Assembly (NCBI GenBank): GCA_963827235.1
Contig: CAWHAE010000010.1
Coordinates: forward strand, 1 to 64,000
Length of the DNA: 64,000 bases
Source of the DNA: an uncultured bacterium
Lineage (GTDB): Bacteria; Chloroflexota; UBA5177; JANWHV01
Direction of reading: 5' to 3'
The notes below the pieces were generated by a model that saw nothing but the letters and a program-made list of their open reading frames with translations, ran no database searches and had not been told where the DNA came from. The position numbers and the translations under genes were made by a program. Shown here in pieces: positions 1 to 12,085 of the stretch. Numbering within the stretch: the first letter of the stretch is position 1; each line of letters opens with the position of its first letter.

Positions 1-189
1 GCGAAACTGTGGCATCACGAGCGCGAGTGGTTCGACCGACATGCGGCTGGCTGTCGGTTCGCTGTTCACACATTGTTTGCAAAACGACCACAGCTGCCTA
101 TACGACGGCAATAGCCCGAAAACAGTCTCGTCCTATGCTGGTTCTTGTACACCAGATGGCTGGTGATGCAGTAGACAGCGGAGGCAGAG

Positions 190-441
190 ATGAAAACGTT
201 CCGACAGTCCGGCAAGCAAATCCTGAGTGGCGTGGTCGTGTCCACGGTACTGGTACTGGCGGCCGTCGCTCCGACGGCGACTCACGCAGCAGCTCCTGCA
301 CACACAGCGACGCTGGGCATTCCCAAGCGCTGCCAGCCGATCATGAAACGAGATTCAGAATCTGAGCCCGGCGGACTTTCAAAATCAGCAGGCGTTCCAG
401 AACGCCTTGCGTGCCCTGATGGCCCAGTTGCATTCCTGTGA
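190..441 (+). CDS. small secreted protein (83 aa)
   Basis: GGAGG RBS at about 180-184; basic N-terminus, hydrophobic core (ILSGVVVSTVLVLAAVAP) and THA/AA-type cleavage site; TATGCT -10-like box at 134-139. Confidence 0.6.
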   Translation: MKTFRQSGKQILSGVVVSTVLVLAAVAPTATHAAAPAHTATLGIPKRCQPIMKRDSESEPGGLSKSAGVPERLACPDGPVAFL

Positions 442-818
442 GCTGCGCTACGGGAAGTAGGCAGGAGGTCCGGAGGATAGGCGGCCTGCCGCGCGGGTCT
501 CTGGGTGCGAGGCGGACAGGGATGAGTACCGCATCCCCGTCCGCCCCACCCGCTCGGGTGGATATCGATGGTGGCTCCACGCGAGCCCAGTCAACGCCGC
601 GCTCGCGGAAACATCGTAAGGCTCTGAACTGCTGTGCCTGCATGAGCACGCAGCACGATGACATCGATAGCATCCTGTAGCAGGGTCACGATGCTCGGTT
701 ACATGGTCCCCCGTGAATCCACTACGTCACTTGTGCCAGGGTCGCAGTGTGTCGAATAGCTGGCCGTATAGCACTCGTTTCGCACGCGAGCGAGCAGGGT
801 ACGCCAGGCAGCCCCGCG

Positions 819-1130
819 CTACTCGGGTTGCTCACGCTGACGCGCCACGCCCACGGGATGCGCGGCATGTTCTTCCGTGCGCCCCACCAGGCGGTCCATC
901 GCCTCCTGGTCGGTGACATCGGCTAGCAGGGCAAGGGCGTGGCCGCCGGACTGGCCGATCACACGGGCCGTCGCCTCCAGGCGGTCGGTGGGACCGACCG
1001 GAGATGGCGACGGCGGCCCTCGCAGCGGCGGCCAAGGCCTCGGCGATGACACGTCCCAGCTCCACGGCCTCCGCCGGTTACCAGGGCGACCTGTCCGGTC
1101 AAGGTTGTCACTGGCACTCCGTTGCTCATC
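819..1130 (-). pseudogene. SDR oxidoreductase N-terminal fragment, frameshifted and truncated
   Basis: LTGQVALVTGGGRG Rossmann motif; GGHALALLADVTDQEAM in another frame; no YxxxK half found. Confidence 0.75.
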
Positions 1131-1541
1131 GTCGACACTGCTGCCACATGCGGCCCTACCTGCTCGCAGTCACGGCGCCCACATCTTGGCACGCCTACTG
1201 GAAGGATGGTAACGCCTGCGCCGATTGCGAATGATTGGCAGCGCACCGCGCCGCAACCCGTGCTCGCGCATGGGTGGTGCTCGTCACGTCGCGCGGAACT
1301 GATCGCTCATGATTGTGGCGCATGGATTGCATCCCATGCCGCTGGCGGAGCGCACCGGACTCGTCTTGCCTTACGCCTGCCTAGAATAGTGAATGGAACA
1401 TATGAAGATGGACGCTGCTCTGCTTCCAGCGATGAGTGAGAATGATGGCAGCGCGGTCGAGGCGCTATCATGGTCGTGAACCGCCAGATTCTCCAGAGCG
1501 GCAGATCGCCAGTACCAGGCGAGCTAGAGCGGAAGGGCAGC

Positions 1542-4273
1542 ATGAGCCTTCCGGCAGCAGGACCGTTTGGGCAGACTTCCCAGCCGCCGCATAACCTGCC
1601 CGTTCAGGTGACTAGTTTCATCGGGCGCCAGAGGGAGATAGCCGAGGTCATCCATCAACTGAGCACCGGTCGCCTGCTGACACTCACCGGCAGTGGCGGC
1701 ACGGGTAAGACACGCCTGGCCTTGCAGGTCGCCGCGGAGCTACTGGAGCACTATCCGCACGGTGTCTGGCTCGTCGAGCTCGCCCCCGTCTCCGATCCCA
1801 ACCTCGTTGCCCTGACCGCCGCTACCGCGCTCGGTCTGCGCGAGGAGCCCGGCCAACCCTTGAGCGCCACGCTGGCGGAGGCCCTGCGCGCACGCCGGCT
1901 GCTGCTTGTGTTGGATAACTGCGAGCATCTGCTGGACGCCAGCGCCAAGCTGGCCGAGATCCTGCTCACGCCTGCCCGCAGCTCACGATTCTGGCTACCA
2001 GCCGCGAGGCGCTGGGCATTGCCGGTGAGATCGCCTGGCGGGTCCCTTCGCTGGCGCTGCCCAACCCGCAGGCCCAATTGGTCCCCGAGATCCTGCAAGA
2101 GGTCGAGGCAATTCGCCTCTTCCTGGAGCGGGCGCTCGCCGCCCGGCCCCGCTTCATGCTGACCGCCCAAAACGCCGCCGCCGTGGCGCAGATTTGCCGG
2201 GAACTGGACGGCATTCCCCTGGCGCTCGAACTGGCCGCCGCCCGGATGGCAGGCTCTCGGCCGAGCAACTGGCGGCCCGCCTCGATCAGCGTTTCCGCCT
2301 CTTGGCGGGAGGCAGCCGCATGGCGCTGCCGCGCCAGCAGACGCTGCAAGCGACCGTCGAGTGGAGTTACAGCCTGCTGAGTCCGCGGAACAGAGCCTCT
2401 TCAACCGGCTGGCGATCTTCGCGGGTGGCTTCGCGCTCGATGCAGTGGAGGCGGTGTGCGCGGGCGGGGAGGTACCGGCTGAAGACGTTGTCGACCTGCT
2501 GGTGCGACTGGTCGGAAATCGCTCATCGCAGTGGAGGACAGCGCGGGCGATATCGAACGCTATCGGCTGCTGGAGACGCTCCGCCAGTATGGGCACGAGC
2601 GGCTGCTGGCCGACGGCGACGCCGAACGGCTCCAGGCGCGACACACCGCCCACTATCGGGCGCTGGCCGAGGAGGCCGACTTGCTTGTGCCACAGGACGC
2701 TGCCTGGATGGACGCCTGGAGCAGAGCACGAGAACATCCGCCAGGCCCTCGGCTGGGCTGTGGGGCACAGAGAAGCACAGGAGGGGCTGCGGTTGGCCGG
2801 TGCGTGCGCGACTTCTGGATGTATCGTGGCTACTTTGGCGAAGGGCGGCGCTGGACCGGGGCGCTGCTGGCCCTGCCGGAAGCAGCGGCCCCTATTCCGG
2901 CGCGGGCTAGGGCGCGTCTTCGGCCAGGCCATCCTTCTGAAAGGCCCGACGATGGTTGGCGGTGGCTGGTGGCACATAACGGAGGAGCGTCGGTCGCTGG
3001 AAGAGGCCCTCGCCATCGCCCGCGCGACGGATGACACGGAGATGGCAGCCCTGGCCCTGAACGACCTTGGCATGTTAACCGGCCTTGAAGACTACGACGC
3101 GGGATGTGTCATGTTGCGCGAGAACGTCGCCCTCTGCACGGCACAGGGCTACAGGCGCATTCTCTATGTCGCGCTGCACTGGCTGGCCCATGTAGCGTGC
3201 GCACACCGTGACGGGCAGCGGCACGCTCAGGTGCCTGGAGTCCCTGAAGGTGGCTCGGCAGGATGGGGAAGTAGCACTGCTCTGGCCCTCCTGAGCCTGG
3301 GATCGTTGGTCTACCAGGAAGGTGAGACAGCGACCGCGCGCCCCACATCGAGGAGAGTCTGGCGATGCTGCGAACGCTCCATGACCGCTTTCTGACGCCC
3401 TTGGCGCTGGCGCTGCTCGGCACGGTGGCCTGCGCTGGGGCGACACCTCGCACGCCCGGATCTGTTCGAGGGACGATTTGGCGATGGCGCAACAGCTGGG
3501 CGAGCAAGCGCGATCGCCGGAGCGATCACCGATCTGGGACGCTTGGCGCTGCAAGATGAGGACGTTGGGCAGGCACATACGCTCCTCGAGGAGGCACTGC
3601 GTCTGCGGCGAGACCTGGGAGATGCCGTGGGGATCGCCGATTCGCTCGCCGCCCTTGGCGACCTCGCCTTGGCGCGAGGTGATCCCGCGGGCGCGACAGC
3701 ATTCTATGCCGAAGGGCTCACGGTGCTTCGCCCAACCGGCGATAGACACGGCATCGCCGTCTGCCTGGAAGGTATGGCGACGGTCGCCTGGGCCGGCAGT
3801 GATGCCGATCGAGCGGCCTGGCTGGGTGGTGCTGCCGCCGCGCTGATTGCGCCCGACCTGCTCATTGCCGATCCGCCCGCCGCGCGCGAGGGCACGAGCG
3901 CAGCAGTGCGCGCGGCGCTGGGCGAGAGAACCCTGGCGGCGGCGTGGGCAAGGGGCCAGGCCATGAGCCTGGAGGAGGCCATCGCCGCTGCCCTGGCTCC
4001 TCAGCAGGCTCTCACACCATCGTTACCGGATCGGTCCCGGAGCCCGTCCCGGTGAGACGGCGGCGCGATGCGCTGACGAGCCGCGAACGCGAAATCGCCC
4101 TGCTCGTGGCGAAAGGCGCCAGCAATCACGAGATCGGCTCGCGCCTGGTGATCTCCGAGCGCACGGCAGAGACCCACGTCGCGAATATTCTGAACAAGCT
4201 GGGATTCACCTCGCGAAGCCAGATCGCGGCATGGACTGCGCTCCGGGGGATGCTGTCCGACGCGGAGCGCTGA
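1542..4273 (+). CDS. ATPase-TPR-LuxR regulator (COG3903-like), multiple frameshifts
   Basis: [13 protein letters not shown], Walker A GSGGTGKT, Walker [42 protein letters not shown] helices, C-terminal LuxR HTH ([44 protein letters not shown]); split across several ORFs. Confidence 0.88.
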
Positions 4274-4317
4274 GCCGCCCGCCGTTGGAGACCGGGCTTC
4301 CAGCACGCTGCTGTACG

Positions 4318-4370
4318 TACGTAGCCGCTGCTCCGGCCGCCTGCAGCAGCCGGCAAAAGATACGTAGCCG
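4318..4370 (+). promoter_or_regulatory. direct repeat TACGTAGCCG x2, candidate LuxR operator
   Basis: exact 10-mers at 4318-4327 and 4361-4370 between the LuxR stop and the next gene; TACGAT -10-like box near 4412. Confidence 0.5.
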
Positions 4371-4480
4371 TCCTCGGTGTTCTCCCGGATACGCCGGCGC
4401 CTCCCGCGCCATACGATGGTGTCCATGAAGCCGCGCGTTCGAGGCGCGGCGCAGGGGCAAGCGGATGAGGAGGACAAATC

Positions 4481-4911
4481 ATGTATGGCAGAACACATAC
4501 TGCAGTTCAGCGCTTGGCAGTGGCCGGTCTTGCCACGCTCGTCGTAGGGGCGAGCGTGCTCACACTCGGGTGGCGTGCAGGCGATCTGCGCGGTCTATCG
4601 GCCACACCACGGGCAAGGAACATCACCTCGACCGCGCAACCGCGAGCCAGCCCGTAGCCGCTGGGTCTGCGCAAGCCGCCGGGTATAAGCTGGAGATCGC
4701 AGCATGGCGCGGGAGCGCCATCACCGGCTGGCTGCTGGTGTGGCGCGGCGGCGCGTGGGTGCGCCGTCCCATGACCGGCAGCGAGCATGGCCAGCAGATC
4801 ACCTTCTCTTTCGTGCAGCCGGGACGGAGTGACAGAGCAATCAGCTCGTTCACCAGCACTCTTGGAGGTGCCCGAGCGGGCGCGACTGGCGCGCCGTTTG
4901 TGGCCTCTTGA
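4481..4911 (+). CDS. secreted or membrane-anchored hypothetical protein, one frameshift
   Basis: GAGGAGG RBS then MYGRTHTAVQRLAVAGLATLVVGASVLTLGW; the body (GYKLEIAAWRGSAITGWLLVW...) continues in the 4465..4911 frame. Confidence 0.55.
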
Positions 4912-5219
4912 GCATCGGCGTGGCGCCATGACCGGCGAGCTATGCGCTGGTGCGAGTGAATAATTTATCCGTGGTCCATGAAGCCCTGTGATGAGCGTAC
5001 AGTGGCGCCGGACAGCCGTAAAAGCACTGAGCTAGATGCCGCTAACAGGCGTCACTTGGCCACGGTGCCAAGGAACAGTAGTTTTCGTCCGCGGCAGATT
5101 ATGCTCTGTCACGCAGGATTCCTTCCTTTGCGCTCTTTGCCTCCCGACAACAGACTGAGGCGAATTTCGGCAGACGGCAATCTTGTCTCTGCCGCTTGAT
5201 CGCCGAGAGCAAGACCCAG

Positions 5220-5429
5220 GCAGCCTACTTGGCATACTGCACCAGTCTCTCCCGACGGGTTGACCATCGGTGCACGCAGGAGGGGAGGTTGAACACGCGC
5301 TCGGGTCGCGATCAGCGATGTGCAGTATCTCTCAGGTCATTCGAGAAAGCGCGGCGGATCTTTCTCCTGGTGTTCCTCGATGAGCGCGAGGATGAGCGCT
5401 CGTTCAGGGGAGTCATGTTTGGGATACAT
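5220..5429 (-). CDS. possible small protein, frameshifted; 3' end approximate
   Basis: AGGAAGGA RBS then MYPKHDSPERALILALIEEHQEK. Confidence 0.3.
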
Positions 5430-5578
5430 TTTCGGTGTTCCTTCCTGATAGACGCCCTGGGCGCGGATGGCGCGGTCTGCGACTGATCGCGCAGCGCGAA
5501 GGTGTCAACTCCTGCTACTGGTGCGCGGCACCATAGTCCCTCGCGGTGCCTCGGCGTCCTGCGGGTATCTGGTTGGCC

Positions 5579-6362
5579 TTACCGCGAGAATGTGAACTGG
5601 ATGGCATAGGTGCCGCTCGAGCCGTGCCAGGTGAAAGCTCCCGCGCCGCGCAGGCCTGCCAGACCACCGGGTCCACCGAGAATACTCACTCTGCCTTCCA
5701 CGGTGTGTGTGGCCGGCGTGCGCGCGCCGGTGAACAGGACCGTCAGGGTGCCTGCGTGGCCGGCCACGACGCAGCGACAGGTGGCCGTACCGGCAACGCG
5801 CGCGGGGCCAAGCGCGGGGGCTCGCCCTGGCGACGAGAATGGTATACACCCCCAAGCGTACCGGTCAGCACGCCTGGCCCGTCCCGGTCACATACATGGT
5901 GCCGGCCGCGTAGCCGGTGCCGGGACGGTGGCTCGGGATGCCGTTGACCATGTCGGGCGGTAGAGGGTCGATCATGGGCCGGGCCGCGACGCTGCCTGGA
6001 CCGTGCAGCATGCAGATGGCGCCGGCGGTCGCGAGCAGGCCGGCGGCGAGGGCGAGTCGCGCCGTGATGCGCCTGGCCAGGTGCAGGCCTGCGCGCAGCA
6101 CGGATCTGGAGCGTGCGGGCGCGGCCGCGCCGGGTAGCTGCGTGAAGCGCGCTGCTCGGTGCCGGCGTGGGGGGGCCGGCATCCGCAGCCATGCGCCTGC
6201 CGCGTGTCCATGGAAGTGCGTGGGGCTGGCCTGCGGTTCGAGCAGTACGCTGGTAATGCCGGCGTCGGTCGGGACCGAGGAGAGGGTGTGCAGCGTGAAG
6301 TCCTTCCAGCAGGGCTCAATGCCCTGCCCTGACGCCTGATGCCCGAGCACTGACTGATACAT
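5579..6362 (-). CDS. secreted small beta-barrel protein (DUF3224-like C-terminus), frameshifted; output gene of cassette 1
   Basis: GAAAGGA RBS before ATG 6362; hydrophobic segment RLALAAGLLATAGAICML; C-terminal GTLTVLFTG...EGRVSILGGPGGLAGLRGAGAFTW in another frame. Confidence 0.55.
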
Positions 6363-6403
6363 CTGCCATTCCTTTCGTCTGCGTACGTTGCTGCCTTGCC
6401 AGC

Positions 6404-6508
6404 ACTATGCGCCAGGGTGAGCCGGACTCCCAGGCACACGTCATACGCTCGCCTCACACAGTTGGCTGATACAGTTGCGGTCGCGGCCCTGGCGGTGCGT
6501 GCTATGAT
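6404..6508. promoter_or_regulatory. divergent promoter region, cassette 1
   Basis: minus-strand GGCGCATAGT at 6404-6413; GCACA at 6434; ACAGTTG x2 at 6458 and 6471; plus-strand extended -10 GTGCTATGAT at 6499-6508. Confidence 0.55.
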
Positions 6509-6522
6509 GGGAGGCGAGGAGC

Positions 6523-9500
6523 GTGGCAGCCCAGTCTGCTCGGGCAGGAAGCAGCCTGCCCGGATCGGCACCGGCGATGGGGCATGATGGACCGCGAAGT
6601 CCCGAACAGCTGAGTTTCGGCGCGCTGCTGAAGCAGTACCGTGTGGCGGCCGGGCTCTCCCAGGAGGCGCTGGCGGAGCGGGCCCGGCTCTCACCGGGGG
6701 CGATCAGTGCCTATGAGCGCGGCCTGCGCCAGGCGCCCTATCGGGATACCGTGGCGCTCCTGGTTGCCGCGCTGGGACTCTCGGAGCGGGAAGCTGCAGC
6801 GCTGGAGGCCACCGTCTCTCGCCGCCGGGGACCGCCGGACGCGCTTCCCGATGGCCATGCGCCGCTCGACGGCTTCGAGCACCAGGCGAGGGGCACGTTT
6901 GCCGTCGCCCTGCCTGGCCAGCCCTTCGTCTACGTCTCCTATGCCCGCGCCGATCGTGCCCTGGTCACGCGGCTGGTGGACGAGCTGCACGGGCTGGGCG
7001 TGGTGACCTGGAACGACGACCTGGGACTGCAGCCGGGCACGCCGGACTGGGAGCAGACGCTGCGCGACGCCATCCGCGCCGCGCGCGCCGTCTTGCTGGT
7101 CGCCTCGCCGAGCTCGCGCGCCTCGCGCTACGTCGCCGACGAGCTGCGGGTCGCCGAGATGTACCGGCGCCCCGTGTACCCAATCTGGGTGGCGGGCGAG
7201 CAGTGGATGGAGTGCGTCGCCCTCGGCTGGGGCGGCATGCAGTACGTGGACGCCCGCGGCAGCCGCTATGGCACCGCGCTGCAGGATATCGCCGTGGCAC
7301 TCCAGCGCGCCGGCGAATCGGTGACCGCGGAGCACGCCGGCGGCGACGTCTCACCGGACGCGGCGCCCCGCAACCCGTACAAGGGCCTGCGGGCCTTTCA
7401 GCGTGCGGACGCCGGCGACTTCTTCGGGCGGGAGAGCTTGGTGGCCGAGCTGCTGGCGGGCCTGTCGGCCGGTATCCGGGCCGAGCGACGGCTGCTGGCG
7501 GTGGTGGGGCCGAGCGGATCCGGGAAGTCCAGCGTGGTGCTCGCCGGCCTGCTGCCCCGACTGCAGCGGGGCGCCGTGCCGGGCAGCGAGCAGTGGACGT
7601 ACCTGGAGCCGCTGGTGCCGGGGACACATCCGCTGGAAGCGCTGACCGTGGCGCTGGGCGCAGTGCTGCCCGGCAGCAGTCTGGCGACCCTGCGCGCTGA
7701 TCTGGAGGACTCGGAGCGGGGCCTGCATCTGCTGGCCGCTCGCCTGATGCCGGGGCCGGGTAGCCGCGTCGTACTGGTGGTCGATCAATTCGAGGAGCTG
7801 TTCACGCTGACGGCGGACGAGGCGGAGCGGCGTGCCTTCATCGACCTGCTCGTCACCGCCGCCACCGAGCCGCGGGGAGCGCTGCTGGTCCTGCTGACGC
7901 TGCGTGCCGACTTCTACGACCGGCCGCTGCACTATCCGGCCCTGGGCAATCTGCTCGACGCGCAGCACACGGTCGTGCTGCCCATGGCACAGCACGAGCT
8001 GCGGGAGGCCATCGAGCAGCCCGCGCTGCTGCCCGACGTCGGGCTCACGTTCGAGGAGAACCTGGTCGGCGATCTGCTCTTCGAGGTGCGCGGGCAGGCC
8101 GGCGCCCTGCCGCTGCTCCAATTCACCCTGGACCAGCTCTTCGCGCGCCGGAGCGGGTGCACGCTGACGCTGGCGGCGTACCAGGAGCTTGGTGGGGTGC
8201 GAGGAGCCCTGGCGCGGCACGCCGAGGCCACCTATGCCGCGCTGCCGGCGCCGGAGCACCGGCGGCTGGCACGCGGCCTCTTTCTGCGCCTGATCGACCC
8301 CGGCCCGACGGAGCAAGAGACGACGCGGCGGCGGGCGGCGCTGGACGAGCTGCGCCTGCCCGACCCCGAGCGGACGGCGCTGCTGGCCCAGGTGAGCGAA
8401 GCGTTTATCCAGGCGCGCCTGCTGACCAGCGGCGAGAGCGGCGACACGAGCATGATCGAGGTGAGCCACGAGGCGCTGATCCGGGAGTGGCCCCGGTTGG
8501 CGGAGTGGCTGCACGAGGCCCGGGAGGATATCCGGCTGCAGCAGGGCATCAGCGCGGCGGCGGCGGAGTGGGAGCGGCGGGGGCGACCGGCGGACAGCCT
8601 GTACCGGGCGACGTTGCTGTCCGAGGCGACCGGCTGGGCGCAGCGGAACGTGCCGAGCAGGCGGGAAATGGCGTTCCTGGAGGCGGGCGCGGCGGAAGAG
8701 CAGCGGCAGGAGGCCGCGGACCGCGAGCGGCAGGCGCGGGAGGTGGCCACGGCGCAGCAGGCGGCGGCAGCCAGCCGGCGGCGGCGCTGCGCCTCCGAGC
8801 CCTGGTCGGCCTGCTGGCGATCTTCCTGGTGATGGCTGCCGGGCTGAGCCTGGCGGCGCTCCGCAGCGCGTCCACTGCCCGCACGGAGCGGACACACGCC
8901 GTTGCCGCCGAGGCCACGGCGGTCGCCGAGCGCGACACGGCGCTCTCCCGCCAGCTGGCGGCGCAAGCCATCACCCACCTGACGGATCAGTATGACCTGG
9001 CGCTGCTGCTCAGTCTGGAGGCACGGCGCACGGCCGACACCGTCGAAGCGCGCGGCGGCCTGCTCCAGACACTGGAGGCGCGTCCGGCAGCACTGACGTC
9101 GTTCCTGCCAACCCGGGGCATGGCATCGTGGGCGCTTGCAGTGAGCCCTGACGGCAGGACGCTGGCCTGGGCCACCTCAATGCCCGGGAGCGCCATCTAC
9201 CTTTGGGACGTGCTACACCAGCGTGAGCTTGACCCACCGCTGATCAGCCACCTCCACGGCCTGTATAACCTCTCGTTCGGCGCCGGCGGCAAGACGATAG
9301 CAGCTAACAGCGGCGATGGGCGGAGCGTGGAGGTGTGGGACATCGCGCGGCGGCGACCGGCCGGTCCGGTCTTCTCACTGTCCGCCGTCGAGCCCTCCCC
9401 CGGCCCCACACACGTGGATTTCGCCGCCGTAAGCCCCGACGGCAAGACCGCGGCATTCGCCTATGGCAACGCGGTGTATCTGTGGGACATGCCGCGGAAG

Positions 9501-11039
9501 AAGCTCGCGGCCACGCTCGCAACCTCACGGGAGGTGTACACGATGGCTATTGCGCCCGACGGCAAGACCCTGGCCGCGGGCGAGTATGGCGGCCCTGTCG
9601 AGCTGTGGAATCTTGAGGGCTCCCCACGCCGCAGAACCCTCGCGGGCCATGTGAGCGTCGTGGACGGCCTGGCTTTCAGCGCCGACGGCAAGATCCTTGC
9701 CTCGGGTAGCAACGACATGACGGTCCGGCTCTGGGATGTCCAGAGCGGAAACGAGATCGGCGCCGCGCTGGCCGGTCATACCCGCGCCGTGAACGCCCTG
9801 GCCTTCAGCCGGGATGGCACGCTGCTGGCATCGGGGGACATGGGTGGCAGCATCGAGCTGTGGGATATGACGGGCCGGCGCCTGCTCGCGACGCCGCTGG
9901 ACAGCCACACCGGCGCTCCCAACTTCCTGGCGTTCGGCGCCAAGGACACCGCCCTGTTCGCCGCGGACGGCAACGGCACGATAGCGGCATGGGACGTGGC
10001 CACCGCGCTCGCGGGTCCGGCCTTGCTCGCCGACTCCGACCAAGCCACTGTCGCATCCCTGACCTTTAGCCCCGACGGGCGATCGCTGGTGTCCGGCGAC
10101 TGGAATGGCAACGCGCAGATCTGGAACACCGCGACGTGGGAGTCCGGCACGTGGCACGACGCGTACCTGCTGTGGGGATCGGCGTGTGCGTTTTCCCGCG
10201 ACGGCAGAACGCTGATCACAGCGGGCGACGTGGTGGGCGAAGGGTTCATCACGGTGTACGACGCTCGACGAGGCACCCAGGTCAAGGTGCTGCGCACGAC
10301 GCTGACGGCCACCGCGGACACCGTGATGCGGATGGCTCTCAGCCCGGACGCCTCCATCGCGGCAGTAGGCTACCACGCCGGCACCCAGGTGGAGTTGTGG
10401 GATCTGCGGCTCGGCAAGCTGCTGCGGCCGGTGATCGAGAACCGGCAAGGTGAGCTGCGGGATCTTGCCTTCAGTCCGGACGGCAAGACGCTGGCATCGG
10501 TCTGGTCGGACGGGACGGTCAGGCTGTGGGATGTCGTGCACCGACGCCCGTACGGCAGGCCGCTGACCGGACACATCGGCGCCGTGAATAGCGTCGCCTT
10601 CAGCCCGGACGGGAGGCTGCTGGCCACGGGGGGCGACGACTACACGGTGCGGCTGTGGAAGGTGTCCTGCGCCTGCGCGGACGGAGCCCCGGTGCAGCTG
10701 ACGAGTTTTGTCAGCGCGGTGGCCTTCAGCCCCGATGGCACGCTTCTGGCGACAGGAGGCGGTGAGACCACCGTGCAGCTGTGGGATGTCGCGACGCGCC
10801 AGCCCTTAGGCCCTCCCTTGCGCGGGCTATCGCAGCCGGTGATTGCCGCGGCTTTCAGTGCAAACGGCAAGCTGCTCGCCGCCGGCGACTACAACGGGAA
10901 CATACACGAGTGGGACGTGGACCTCGCATCCTGGCCGGCACGCGCGTGCGAGGTCGCCGACCGCAATCTCACGGCCCAGGAATGGGCGCAGTACCTTGGC
11001 GACCGGCCCTACCACAAGACCTGCCCCGGCGCTCCCTGA
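6523..11039 (+). CDS. XRE-HTH / TIR / nSTAND1 NTPase / TM / WD40 protein, single frameshift near 8775
   Basis: FGALLKQYRVAAGLSQEALAERA (XRE); FVYVSYARAD...SRYVADEL (TIR); RNPYKGLRAF...[51 protein letters not shown] (nSTAND1); TM LVGLLAIFLVMAAGLSLAAL; about 14 WD40 repeats; RNLTAQEWAQYL...TCP tail. Confidence 0.92.
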
Positions 11040-11137
11040 CTCCCGTGTGTCCGATCAGGAACCACGTGCACGCAGAGGGCTTGCTTCAACAGCACCACAG
11101 AACGAACGCCGGAGTATTCGATGAGGAGGAAGGACCG

Positions 11138-12085
11138 ATGCTCCTGTCTGCCCCCCAGATCGCGGAGTTCCATCGCGAAGGCTACCTGGTCGTGCAGGAT
11201 GTCTTGACGCGGGACGACTTGCAGCCGGTCATCGATGAGATCTACCAGGCCGTGGACCGAGAGGCGAGGAAACTGGTCGAGGACGGTGTACTCAGCCGCA
11301 CGTATGCCGAGGAAGGCTTCGAGACGAGGCTGACCCGCGTCACGGCTGAGACCGAGCGCCTCTATTGGTCCATTTCCAGCGGCAAGTTGGCTGGGCGCGG
11401 CATCTTCCGGCTGCTGAGCCATCCCAAGCTGCTCGACCTTGCCGAAGCGCTGGTGGGGCCGGAGATCGTCGCCTCCTCGGTGTACCGGCTGCGGCCCAAG
11501 GTGCCCGGCTTCGTCCACGGCGTCGTGCCCTGGCACCAGGATTCCGGCTACTTCGAGCCCTACTGTGACACGTCACTCATTCTGACCGTGTGGGTGCCGC
11601 TGGTGGATGCCACGGCCGAGCGAGGCTGCCTGCAGGTGCTGCCGCGCGTGCACCGCGGCCCGGTGTTCACCCACGCGCGGACCGCCGACGGCCATTACCT
11701 GGAGGTGGGGGCCGGCCACTTGCCTGCCGCGGAGGTCATCACCGTGCCTGTGCCGTTCGGTGGTGTGCTGTTGTTGACGAACCGCACGCCGCACTGTTCG
11801 ACGGAGAATACAAGGGATGTGATTCGCTGGAGTGCCGACCTGCGCTACCAGAGCGCCGACCTGCCGACGAACTATCGTCCGCCCAGCGGCCTGCCCTTGG
11901 CCGAGCTGCCCGAGGATGCGCCGGTGGCCTGCTATCCGCCGGAAGCGGACTTCCTGGTGCGGAGCCGTCAGCGACCTCAGGATGTGATCACCGGCTGGCA
12001 AGCGTTCCACGAGCTGCGGCGCCGGCATGTCGCCACGCCTGTCACCAACCGCTGGGCGTCGGTGAGCAGGGACGACAACGCATGA
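11138..12085 (+). CDS. phytanoyl-CoA dioxygenase (PhyH) family 2OG-Fe(II) oxygenase
   Basis: LSAPQIAEFHREGYLVV, PWHQDSGY (HxD), LTVWVPLVDATAERGCLQVLP, PHCSTEN, RWSADLRY; GAGGAGG RBS. Confidence 0.9.
   Translation: MLLSAPQIAEFHREGYLVVQDVLTRDDLQPVIDEIYQAVDREARKLVEDGVLSRTYAEEGFETRLTRVTAETERLYWSISSGKLAGRGIFRLLSHPKLLDLAEALVGPEIVASSVYRLRPKVPGFVHGVVPWHQDSGYFEPYCDTSLILTVWVPLVDATAERGCLQVLPRVHRGPVFTHARTADGHYLEVGAGHLPAAEVITVPVPFGGVLLLTNRTPHCSTENTRDVIRWSADLRYQSADLPTNYRPPSGLPLAELPEDAPVACYPPEADFLVRSRQRPQDVITGWQAFHELRRRHVATPVTNRWASVSRDDNA

Noticed and set aside
7351-8895. Long antisense ORFs over STAND and WD40 genes (also 19129..20811 and 48625..50862)
   Set aside because: Shadow ORFs from high GC3 codon bias; no recognisable motifs
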